Assembly: GCA_003568775.1 (NCBI GenBank)
Contig: MWMI01000005.1
Location: forward strand, 7,516-39,515
Reading direction: 5' to 3'
DNA length: 32,000 bases
Source of the DNA: Candidatus Nanoclepta minutus
Lineage (GTDB): Archaea; Nanobdellota; Nanobdellia; Nanobdellales; Nanobdellaceae
In this document: positions 8,306 to 16,121 of the stretch, one piece after another
How positions within the stretch are numbered: position 1 is the stretch's first letter
Layout: every line of letters begins with the position of its first letter
Translations under genes and position numbers: made by a program
The notes under the pieces: generated by a model
Told to the model about the DNA's origin: nothing
Database searches by the model: none
Seen by the model: the letters and a program-made list of their open reading frames with translations, nothing else

Positions 8306-10384
8306 TTAACTATATAATCCAGGAATATAATATCCTATTTCTTCATTTCCCAAGATTACGTATATCCCATAAAGGTTATAATTTAGTACTTGGACTGGAG
8401 TGTATCTATTCGTTGTAGTATTGTCCCCCAATTGACCATAACTATTCCATCCCCAGCACCAGACGGTTCCATCTGATTTTAGAGCACAGGAATGAACATA
8501 TCCTAAAGCTATTTGAGTTACATTTGTTAATCCTCTTACTCGAAGTGGGACATATCCGATAGCTATTATGTCATTTCCTAATTGGCCATGCTCATTATTT
8601 CCCCAGCACCAAACTGTGCCGTCGGATCTTAATGCACAGGAATGAGCATTTCCTAAAGCTATTTGAGTTACATTTATTAATGTTGATAATATGTTTGCTA
8701 ATCCTCTTACTTGGACTGGAGTGTATCTATTAGTTGTAGTACCGTCTCCTAATTGACCATAACTATTCCATCCCCAACACCAGACGGTTCCATCTGATTT
8801 TAGAGCACAGGAATGAGCAGCTCCTAAAGCTATTTGAGTTACATTTGTTAATCCTCCTACTTGGACTGGAGTGTATCTATTAGTTGTAGTACCGTCTCCT
8901 AATTGACCATAACTATTCCATCCCCAGCACCAAACTGTGCCGTCGGATCTTAATGCACAGGAATGAGCTTCTCCTAAAGCTATTTGGACTACATTTGTTA
9001 AGTTTACTACTCTAACTGGAGTGTATCTATTCGTTGTAGTACCGTCTCCTAATTGACCATACCAATTACCTCCCCAGCACCAGACGGTTCCATCTGATTT
9101 TAGAGCACAGGAATGAGCTTCTCCTAAAGCTATTTGGACTACATTTGTTAATCCTCTTACTTGGACTGGAGTGTATCTATTCGTTGTAGTATTGTCCCCC
9201 AATTGACCATCACTATTCCATCCCCAGCACCAAACTGTGCCGTCGGATCTTAATGCACAGGAATGAGAAGCTCCTAAAGCTATTTGAGTTACATTTGTTA
9301 ATCCTCTTACTTGGACTGGAGTGTATCTATTAGTTGTAGTACCGTCTCCTAATTGACCATACCAATTACCTCCCCAGCACCAGACGGTTCCATCTGATTT
9401 TAGAGCACAGGAATGAGAAGCTCCTCCTATTGATTGCACCCATGAAGAAAGATTTGTCCAAATTGGAAGAGATTCACTTTCAGAAGTTGCATTTTGATTT
9501 CCATAATACATATAAATAGTTACATTTTCTTTTGCTGGAATATATGGAACTTTTACCCATATCCTTGTGTTTGTAGTATTACATCCACTTTCAATCCAAT
9601 AAGGAATTTTATATTCCTGATTATTCGAAGTATTCAAATAAGTAAACCTGATATCTCCACAATCTAACCTCATCTTTCCCGCTGAAATTAAGGAAACTGT
9701 GTCTATTGTTATTAATACACGATAGTCTGTTAAATTACTTCCAGAGTTTTCCTTTATTGTTATAGGAACCCTATATAAATATTTATTTGAAGCATTATAA
9801 GCCCATGTAGCTTTGATAATCTCTGCTGTTTTAGAGGGATTTATGTTTTTAAGTTTTGTTAAAATCTGAGCACCTTTTTGTGGAGTTATATTTGAAGATC
9901 CTAATATAGTTGCAGCGGTACTGCTATTCGCAAAAGATAATGCCATAGCTAAAAAATCGAGCGTTCCTACAGAATTAATAAGTGAAATATAATCATCAAC
10001 CGTTACATATCCCTTATTTATCAAATCATCAATTAAAAATAGAGATAGATAGTTTAAATCCTTATCCTTAATAGCCTGAGGAATTGTTTTTCCACCACTA
10101 ACATTACTCCAAGAAGAAATACAATCCCCCTTTATACAAAAACCTCCTGAAACATTTACATACTGAGAAACTGTTAAATTGGATATATTTGTAAAACTAA
10201 CACCACCCCAATTAATTATACTTCCCGAAGGTATCCAGATTTCAGAAATAGGATGATATTGTCCATTCGGATTTCCTCCTACAATAGGACCTATAACATT
10301 TTGAGAACCTTGGGCATATATTAGAATAAGTGTTGTTATAGTTACACTTATAATATATAAAAGATAGTCCCTTTTAAACTTCAT
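8306..10384 (-). CDS. Secreted/surface protein: signal or anchor helix, helical region, DUF2341-like domain, seven RCC1-like repeats (beta-propeller)
   Basis: Hydrophobic N-terminus (YLLYIISVTITTLILIYAQG). DUF2341-like segment (YRVPITI...DIRFT...IPYWIE...TRIWVKVP...IYMYYGN). Seven copies of HSCAL[KR]SDGTVWCWG.N..GQLGD. Many N-x-S/T sequons. Confidence 0.8.
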   Translation of the reverse strand: MKFKRDYLLYIISVTITTLILIYAQGSQNVIGPIVGGNPNGQYHPISEIWIPSGSIINWGGVSFTNISNLTVSQYVNVSGGFCIKGDCISSWSNVSGGKTIPQAIKDKDLNYLSLFLIDDLINKGYVTVDDYISLINSVGTLDFLAMALSFANSSTAATILGSSNITPQKGAQILTKLKNINPSKTAEIIKATWAYNASNKYLYRVPITIKENSGSNLTDYRVLITIDTVSLISAGKMRLDCGDIRFTYLNTSNNQEYKIPYWIESGCNTTNTRIWVKVPYIPAKENVTIYMYYGNQNATSESESLPIWTNLSSWVQSIGGASHSCALKSDGTVWCWGGNWYGQLGDGTTTNRYTPVQVRGLTNVTQIALGASHSCALRSDGTVWCWGWNSDGQLGDNTTTNRYTPVQVRGLTNVVQIALGEAHSCALKSDGTVWCWGGNWYGQLGDGTTTNRYTPVRVVNLTNVVQIALGEAHSCALRSDGTVWCWGWNSYGQLGDGTTTNRYTPVQVGGLTNVTQIALGAAHSCALKSDGTVWCWGWNSYGQLGDGTTTNRYTPVQVRGLANILSTLINVTQIALGNAHSCALRSDGTVWCWGNNEHGQLGNDIIAIGYVPLRVRGLTNVTQIALGYVHSCALKSDGTVWCWGWNSYGQLGDNTTTNRYTPVQVLNYNLYGIYVILGNEEIGYYIPGLYS
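8387..9442 (-). repeat. Seven tandem ~150-nt coding repeats (RCC1 blades) in two alternating nucleotide types
   Basis: The core ccagacggttccatctgattttagagcacaggaatg (K type, blades 1, 3, 5, 7) alternates with ccaaactgtgccgtcggatcttaatgcacaggaatg (R type, blades 2, 4, 6). Long identical stretches recur at about 300-nt spacing. Confidence 0.9.
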
Positions 10385-10522
10385 AAATATCTTATATAAA
10401 AGATAGTATTATAAAATTAACTGAGATATTACTTCTATAATATATAAAAGATAGTCCCTTTTAAACTTCATAAATATCTTATATAAAAGATAGTATTATA
10501 AAATTAACTGAGATATTACTTC
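10349..10522. repeat. Perfect tandem direct duplication, 2 x 87 bp (10349-10435 and 10436-10522)
   Basis: The two copies were read base by base and are identical. The unit holds the last 8 codons and stop of valS, a 24-bp spacer with a TATA-like ttttatataa, and the first 12 codons of the propeller gene. Confidence 0.95.
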
Positions 10523-12760
10523 CCTAAAACTCGTTTCTATAATGCTTTCCTTTTTTTCTTCATCCCTAAAGATTTCCCTATATATTTTTTCAGTAATATA
10601 TGGAAATGCTGGATGCAAAAATGATATAATAACTCTTAATATATATTTTAATGTCCACAAAGCTTTAATATCTTTATTTCTTACTCTTTCTTTAACTTTC
10701 TCTAAATATCCGTTTGCAAAATCTTCCCAAACAAACTTCCTCCATAACTTTAGATAATCCTGGAATCTATATTCCTTCGTTAGTTCAAAAGACTTATTAA
10801 CAACTTCTTTTAAATTGTTTAATATTTCAATATCTTCTTTCTCCAATTCTTTAGGTTTATCTTTAATCTTAACTTCACTGCAGTTTAGATAAATATATCT
10901 GGCTATATTCCATAACTTTATCATAAAAGCTTGCCCTGTTTCAACATCCTTCCAAGTAAACCTATAATCGTCTCCATGAGATGCCATTAAAGCCCAATAC
11001 CTTAATGCATCTGGAGAATACTTGTCCATTACTTCATTTGGATCAACTGCATTACCCAAAGATTTACTCATCTTCCTACCATCCTCAGCCAACACCATTC
11101 CGTTTATCAGGGCTTCCTTCCAGGGTAGCTTACCTGTTAATAACTTTACTCTAACCAACGTGTCATACAACCATGTCCTAATTATTTCATAACCTTGTTG
11201 TCTTAGATCAACCGGTAAATACTTTACTGCTTCTTCAAAATACGGTTCTATATCTTTTACATCTTCCAATCCTTCTGTTAATGCATAATAGATTATTGCA
11301 ATGGGTGTTATAGAAGATTCTACCCAAACATCAACTACTTCATCCTCAAAGAACTCAACATTTCCATATTTTTTTCTATATTTCTCAATTTTATCCTTAT
11401 CTCTTCTTGGATCAAATGGTAAATCCTCTATTTCTATAGGATATATTTTTCCATCTTTCTTAAAAAACGGAAAGGCTAAACCCCAAATCAATTTTGATCT
11501 AGAAATATTCCAATCTTGATCCATAGATTCTATCCAACTGATTAACCTATTTCTCATTTCTTCTGGATAAAACTTTATATCTTTCTGCCATTCAATCAGC
11601 TTTTTCTTTAATTCCAAAGTCTTTATAAAGAACTGCTCTTTTGGAATTAACTCTAATGTCGATAAACAATCTTGTCTTTCTGTATGAGATAAAACATTAT
11701 GCTTTATTTTTTCTACTCTATATAGATAATCCTTTAACAAATCCAAAACCTTTCTTCTAGCTTCCTCAACAGTTAAACCATTTAATTCCTCTAAACTATT
11801 TATTATTCTTCCTTCATCGCTTATACAAATTATTTCTGGTAAGTTATATCTTTCTTTCCACTTAACATCAGTGAAATCTCCATAAGTACAAACCCAAACT
11901 ATTCCTGTGCCAAAGTTATAATCTACATCCTCATCAACGTATATCTTTACTCTTCTATTTATTAAAGGAATTTCTACTTCCTTTCCATTTAGCTCCTCAG
12001 GCTTAATTATTCTCTTTATTTTTAGGTTATTCTTTTCTGCAAAAACCTTTGAAACTATCAATCCATCTTCTGTTTCAACATATTCATTATTAGCTATCAA
12101 CACACCCACACATGAAGAAATCATTTCTGGTCTTGTTGTAGCAATTAAAACAAATTTATCTCCAAACTTTAGTTTTATATAAGCTAATACTCCTTCTTTT
12201 TCAATATATCCGGCTTCTTGCATTGATATTGCAGTTCTACACTTCGGACACCACATAACAGGTTTTTTGCCCCTATATATTAATCCTTCATTAAACATTT
12301 TAATTAAAGTATATTGAACCAGCGCTTCATATTTTTTATCCATTGTCCTATAAACCTTGTAAAGATCAAAGGAGCATCCTAACCTTAAGAAAGTATTGTA
12401 CATAGATTCTATACCTTTTAAAGTCCATTCTTTGCAAGCTTCTAAAAACCTTACCCTATCCTCCCTTTTTATCTCTAACTTGTTTTCAACTTTTCTTTCA
12501 GTAGGTAAGCCATGACAATCAAAACCTAATGGAAAATAAACATTATAACCTTCTAATCTCTTAAACCTTGCAATAAAGTCCATCCAAACAAAACCCAATG
12601 CATGACCCATATGTGCTTCTCCAGATGTAAAAGGAGGAGGCGTATCTATAATATACCTTGGTTCTTTAGATATATCAAACCTAAACAAATCCTTTCTTTT
12701 ATTAAACCAGAGATCTCTTATCTCTTTTTCTATAAATTTATAATCAGGTCTTTTATCCAT
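10496..12760 (-). CDS. valS: Valyl-tRNA synthetase
   Basis: Class I motifs TPPPFTSGEAHMGHAL and KMSKSLGN. ATTRPEM and GTGIVWVCTYGD are editing-domain boundary motifs typical of archaeal ValRS. At 754 aa it seems short for ValRS from memory (not verified). Confidence 0.8.
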   Translation of the reverse strand: MDKRPDYKFIEKEIRDLWFNKRKDLFRFDISKEPRYIIDTPPPFTSGEAHMGHALGFVWMDFIARFKRLEGYNVYFPLGFDCHGLPTERKVENKLEIKREDRVRFLEACKEWTLKGIESMYNTFLRLGCSFDLYKVYRTMDKKYEALVQYTLIKMFNEGLIYRGKKPVMWCPKCRTAISMQEAGYIEKEGVLAYIKLKFGDKFVLIATTRPEMISSCVGVLIANNEYVETEDGLIVSKVFAEKNNLKIKRIIKPEELNGKEVEIPLINRRVKIYVDEDVDYNFGTGIVWVCTYGDFTDVKWKERYNLPEIICISDEGRIINSLEELNGLTVEEARRKVLDLLKDYLYRVEKIKHNVLSHTERQDCLSTLELIPKEQFFIKTLELKKKLIEWQKDIKFYPEEMRNRLISWIESMDQDWNISRSKLIWGLAFPFFKKDGKIYPIEIEDLPFDPRRDKDKIEKYRKKYGNVEFFEDEVVDVWVESSITPIAIIYYALTEGLEDVKDIEPYFEEAVKYLPVDLRQQGYEIIRTWLYDTLVRVKLLTGKLPWKEALINGMVLAEDGRKMSKSLGNAVDPNEVMDKYSPDALRYWALMASHGDDYRFTWKDVETGQAFMIKLWNIARYIYLNCSEVKIKDKPKELEKEDIEILNNLKEVVNKSFELTKEYRFQDYLKLWRKFVWEDFANGYLEKVKERVRNKDIKALWTLKYILRVIISFLHPAFPYITEKIYREIFRDEEKKESIIETSFREVISQLIL

Positions 12761-12783
12761 TTAAGTTATTTTGAATGAAAAGG

Positions 12784-12791
12784 TTTATATC
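12784..12791 (-). promoter_or_regulatory. TATA-like box upstream of valS
   Basis: The minus strand reads GATATAAA followed by 23 nt and then the valS ATG. The spacing suggests a leaderless or very short-leader mRNA. Confidence 0.35.
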
Positions 12792-12881
12792 ATTAAGCTT
12801 TTTTCTTTCCATTAGTAATGCATTTAAAATATTTTAATAAATTTTTCATTTACAAAACCTTTTCAAAAAATCATTATTTAC

Positions 12882-12953
12882 TGGGTCCGCGGGGATTTGA
12901 ACCCCGGACCTCCGCCTTGTAAGGGCGGCGTCATGCCACTAGACTACGGACCC
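12882..12953 (-). tRNA. tRNA-Val (anticodon TAC/UAC), 72 nt, no intron, CCA not encoded
   Basis: Hand-folded from the reverse complement. Acceptor GGGTCCG/CGGACCC with discriminator A. Anticodon stem CCGCC/GGCGG with loop CTTACAA. T arm CGGGG-TTCAAAT-CCCCG. Confidence 0.9.
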
Positions 12954-12979
12954 AATATAATTATCAAATACTCCAAAAA

Positions 12980-13369
12980 TTAAAAAACTATAGAAGACTC
13001 GTAGGATATACCTTCTCCTTTATAGGAAATTATCAACTTATCCTCTCTAATTGATCTCCTTAAAAAAATAGTACCTTTATCTGTACTAATTCTTAAAGTA
13101 TAGTATTCAAAAGAGCCCCTTGCTCCCTCTTCAGAAAACCTTTCTATATCTAAAATTTTTACATTTTCCAATTTTAAGACTTCATAATCTCCACTCGTAC
13201 TCTCTATTTTAATAGATAACTTCTCAAAGTACTCTTCACTTTCCACAAATTCTAAAACTATAGAAAAACTTAGTTTGGAACATCTGGGAAAAATATCTTG
13301 ATTAAAGTTTCCACCTACATATTTACAAAAGGCTTCAAAGTTTTTTACCAAATCTCTACTATTCCTCAT
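12980..13369 (-). CDS. Hypothetical protein (129 aa), start overlaps the rpoD stop (ATGA)
   Basis: Intact ORF with a 4-nt overlap with the upstream gene. No family recognised. Confidence 0.5.
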   Translation of the reverse strand: MRNSRDLVKNFEAFCKYVGGNFNQDIFPRCSKLSFSIVLEFVESEEYFEKLSIKIESTSGDYEVLKLENVKILDIERFSEEGARGSFEYYTLRISTDKGTIFLRRSIREDKLIISYKGEGISYESSIVF

Positions 13370-14139
13370 TTCATTAGAAAATCTAATAGTTCTTTAAGCA
13401 TAATTTTTAATTCATATATAGCTAGATTCAATATTCTCTCTGCAGAATAATGTCCATATGATTCTATAACAAAGACGAATTCATCTCTAGGTATTTCCTC
13501 AATTTTATATCTAGCTACAGAATATATAGCATCTAGAAAAGTCCTATCATAGACCTTATCTTTTGCAATCTCAAAATTCTTACCCCTAAGCCTTACACCT
13601 AGTACCTTTAATTTCTCCTTTTCCTCTTCATTCAATTCCTCCTTTAACTTTAGATCAACTAACCTGTAATAATAAACGTGTCCAGGCTTCCATTTTGCAT
13701 GTTCCTTCCCCTTTCCAAAAACCGCCTCCATCCTTATTTTTATCGAATGGTTATCACCCAAATATGCAATTATTGTATCCGGATAAACGGGATAAACTTT
13801 CTTGTTCTCAGATCTTATGTCTGAGGCAAATACATATCCCTTACCCTTCTTCTCCAAGTGTAAAACTATCCTTTGATCGTATGAAAGATCCTCGGGAGTA
13901 TTTAAAACAACTAGTCCTAATCTATGGGCGATCATCTCATCCCACATTGCAGAAGAGTTCTCCATTATATATACGTCCTCTATTGCCAGTGTCCTTACCT
14001 CCTCTTCAATAGCCCTTCTCAATACGTTTAGAAACTGCGGAGTTACGTCTGAAATCAACAATTTTAATCTATAAGTTTTTTCATTACCATCAACAGCAAA
14101 CTTGTCTCCTTCTTTTTCAATAACTTTAATATCAACCAT
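13366..14139 (-). CDS. rpoD: DNA-directed RNA polymerase subunit D (Rpo3)
   Basis: The N-terminus (..LISDVTPQFLNVLRRAIEEEVRTLAIEDVYIMENSSAMWDEMIAHRLGLV) matches the conserved RpoD/Rpb3 dimerisation-domain pattern. Length ~257 aa. No Cys cluster. Confidence 0.8.
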   Translation of the reverse strand: MVDIKVIEKEGDKFAVDGNEKTYRLKLLISDVTPQFLNVLRRAIEEEVRTLAIEDVYIMENSSAMWDEMIAHRLGLVVLNTPEDLSYDQRIVLHLEKKGKGYVFASDIRSENKKVYPVYPDTIIAYLGDNHSIKIRMEAVFGKGKEHAKWKPGHVYYYRLVDLKLKEELNEEEKEKLKVLGVRLRGKNFEIAKDKVYDRTFLDAIYSVARYKIEEIPRDEFVFVIESYGHYSAERILNLAIYELKIMLKELLDFLMK

Positions 14140-14164
14140 TATTTTAAAAATCCTAAAAACCCTT

Positions 14165-14458
14165 TTAAATATTTAGCTTCTTTCTTATCTCTGGATCTAC
14201 TCTATCAATACTCCACCTACCTTCATAATCTATATTGACCTCTGCCTCTAATCTCAATTCCTCCATCTTTTGAACGATTGAAGAATAAATAAAGGGTAAA
14301 AAAGGACAAAGAGGTGTAGTGGGCAAAAATTTTATATAAACCTTTTTATCTTCAACTTTTATCTCCTCTATTTCTCCAAGAGATACTATATCGTAACCTA
14401 ATTCTGGATCTATTACTTCCTTTAACTTATTTAAAACCTTATCCTCAAGATCCCTCAA
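14165..14458 (-). CDS. DUF59/MIP18-family protein (SufT-like Fe-S assembly factor)
   Basis: VIDPELGYDIVSLGEI....V.IKF.PTTPLCPF is the typical DUF59 signature. 97 aa. Confidence 0.7.
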   Translation of the reverse strand: MRDLEDKVLNKLKEVIDPELGYDIVSLGEIEEIKVEDKKVYIKFLPTTPLCPFLPFIYSSIVQKMEELRLEAEVNIDYEGRWSIDRVDPEIRKKLNI

Positions 14459-15122
14459 CCTTTTTTATCCTCCTAGCAAATTCTACCTCAGGCAAGGCTC
14501 CTTCCCAGGAATCCAAAACCTTCCCATCCCCTAAAATTGCTATCTTTGGAACTGCATAAACGTTGAATTTCTCGGATAACTCTGGAAATTCTGTAGCTTC
14601 TACTATAATAGTCCTTATATTCTTGTTGACCATAGAAAACATTGAAGATCCATGTGTAGCAATGGGACAATATGGACAAGTTGGTGTAACAAATATCAGG
14701 ATATCTAAAGGTCTTGAAACCTCATGGATAACCTTAGCTGCTTCTAAGGGAAGGTGTATATGTTCGGAAGATATATGAAGTATTTGTTCTAGAAAAACCG
14801 GAAACTCTTCTCCAGCAGGTAATCCGTACCATACGATATTCGGATACTTAGAAAAAATAATTATCGGACCCTTTCTATTTCCATAAGTATCTATTCTCAA
14901 TTTCTTTTCTTCTAAAACTTTATCAATATCGGATCTAACAAAATTTATTAAAATTTTGTTAGATAAACTTTTTATCTCTGTAAAAAGCTCTTCGGCAATC
15001 TTACTAACCTCCGGATTCTTTTCATAATCTAATATTATTTCTATCTCAACTTCGCTATTTAAATTCTCCTCAAAGATCTTCTTCAATGCTTCCTTATCAG
15101 AATCGGATAATACTGCCATCAA
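14445..15122 (-). CDS. Protein disulfide oxidoreductase (PDO)/glutaredoxin-like protein with two thioredoxin-fold units and a single CPYC site
   Basis: About 225 aa, as for thermophile PDOs. TPTCPYCP lies in the C-terminal unit. Adjacent to trxB. Confidence 0.7.
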   Translation of the reverse strand: MMAVLSDSDKEALKKIFEENLNSEVEIEIILDYEKNPEVSKIAEELFTEIKSLSNKILINFVRSDIDKVLEEKKLRIDTYGNRKGPIIIFSKYPNIVWYGLPAGEEFPVFLEQILHISSEHIHLPLEAAKVIHEVSRPLDILIFVTPTCPYCPIATHGSSMFSMVNKNIRTIIVEATEFPELSEKFNVYAVPKIAILGDGKVLDSWEGALPEVEFARRIKKVEGS

Positions 15123-15155
15123 CTTTATTACAGTGCAATTTATTTAAACTTACCT

Positions 15156-16121
15156 TTACCACTTGCTCATCTTTATATACATGAAAGCCGATAAGGCAGC
15201 AATAGCCCCCATACCAGCAGCGATTATAACTTGCTTTAGACCACATCCTTTATTAGTTACATCTCCAGCAGCTAAAAGTCCCTCTATGTTGGTCTTCATA
15301 CAATCATCAACAATTATATAGCCATTTTCATCTATATTTACGTTCATTTCTTGAAATAATCCAGATACGGGTATCATACCTATAGAAACAAACACTCCAT
15401 CAACTTTTAAAGTTATCTTATCGTTAGTTTTTATATCTTGAACAACAATTTCTTCAACCTTTTCCTTTCCCCTCATTTCAACAACAACTTTATTTAATAA
15501 AAAATCTATTTTTGGATTTCTCTTAGCTTCTTCAACCAAAATAGGCTCTGCCCTAAATTCCTCCCTCCTATGTATTATATATACCTTAGAAGCATGTTCA
15601 GATAATACTAAAGCATCATGAAATGCTGTACTACCTCCACCAACAACTGCAACTACTTTATTCTTAAATAAAGGAGCATCACATTCTGCACAATAAGAAA
15701 CACCAGGTAGATTCTCTCCGGGAACACCTAATTTTCTCCTAGCAGAACCTGTAGCAACAATTACAGCCTTTGAATAAAATTCTCCATAACCTCTTGAGAT
15801 AACCTTAAACTTTTCCCCATTTCTCTCTACCCTTAATACTTCATCTAAGATAGTTTTTACACCAACTTCATCTGCCTGTTCCTTCAATAATTTTGCTAGC
15901 TCGGATCCCCTTATTTTCTTAAAACCTGGGTAGTTTTCTAAAACAGATATTTCATTTAAAAGTCCACCTATATCTTTTGTTATGATCAATGTCTTTAATT
16001 TATATCTACCACAGTAAATTGCAGCAGTATAACCAGCAGGTCCTCCTCCTATTATTATTACATCCCATTCTTTATCTATTTCCTCCTTTTTCTGAAACTG
16101 TAAGGAAAAAGCTATTGTCAT
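15156..16121 (-). CDS. trxB: Thioredoxin reductase
   Basis: FAD motif IIIGGGPAGYTAAIY, redox CxxC (CAECDA), NADPH motif VVGGGSTA, C-terminal AAGDV. Confidence 0.9.
   Translation of the reverse strand: MTIAFSLQFQKKEEIDKEWDVIIIGGGPAGYTAAIYCGRYKLKTLIITKDIGGLLNEISVLENYPGFKKIRGSELAKLLKEQADEVGVKTILDEVLRVERNGEKFKVISRGYGEFYSKAVIVATGSARRKLGVPGENLPGVSYCAECDAPLFKNKVVAVVGGGSTAFHDALVLSEHASKVYIIHRREEFRAEPILVEEAKRNPKIDFLLNKVVVEMRGKEKVEEIVVQDIKTNDKITLKVDGVFVSIGMIPVSGLFQEMNVNIDENGYIIVDDCMKTNIEGLLAAGDVTNKGCGLKQVIIAAGMGAIAALSAFMYIKMSKW

Noticed and set aside
8387-10522. Possible CRISPR array, suggested by regularly spaced repeats
   Set aside because: The ~150-nt repeats are in-frame RCC1 blades inside a long ORF with no unique spacers. 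The 87-bp element is a simple two-copy tandem duplication. No short repeat-spacer periodicity occurs anywhere in the window.
13695-14012. 105-aa plus-strand ORF
   Set aside because: It is antisense within rpoD. It is Pro/Ser/Leu-rich with no recognisable motif.
14488-14778. A 63-aa minus-strand and a 71-aa plus-strand ORF within the PDO gene
   Set aside because: They are alternative-frame or antisense ORFs inside a gene with a clear thioredoxin-fold CPYC motif.
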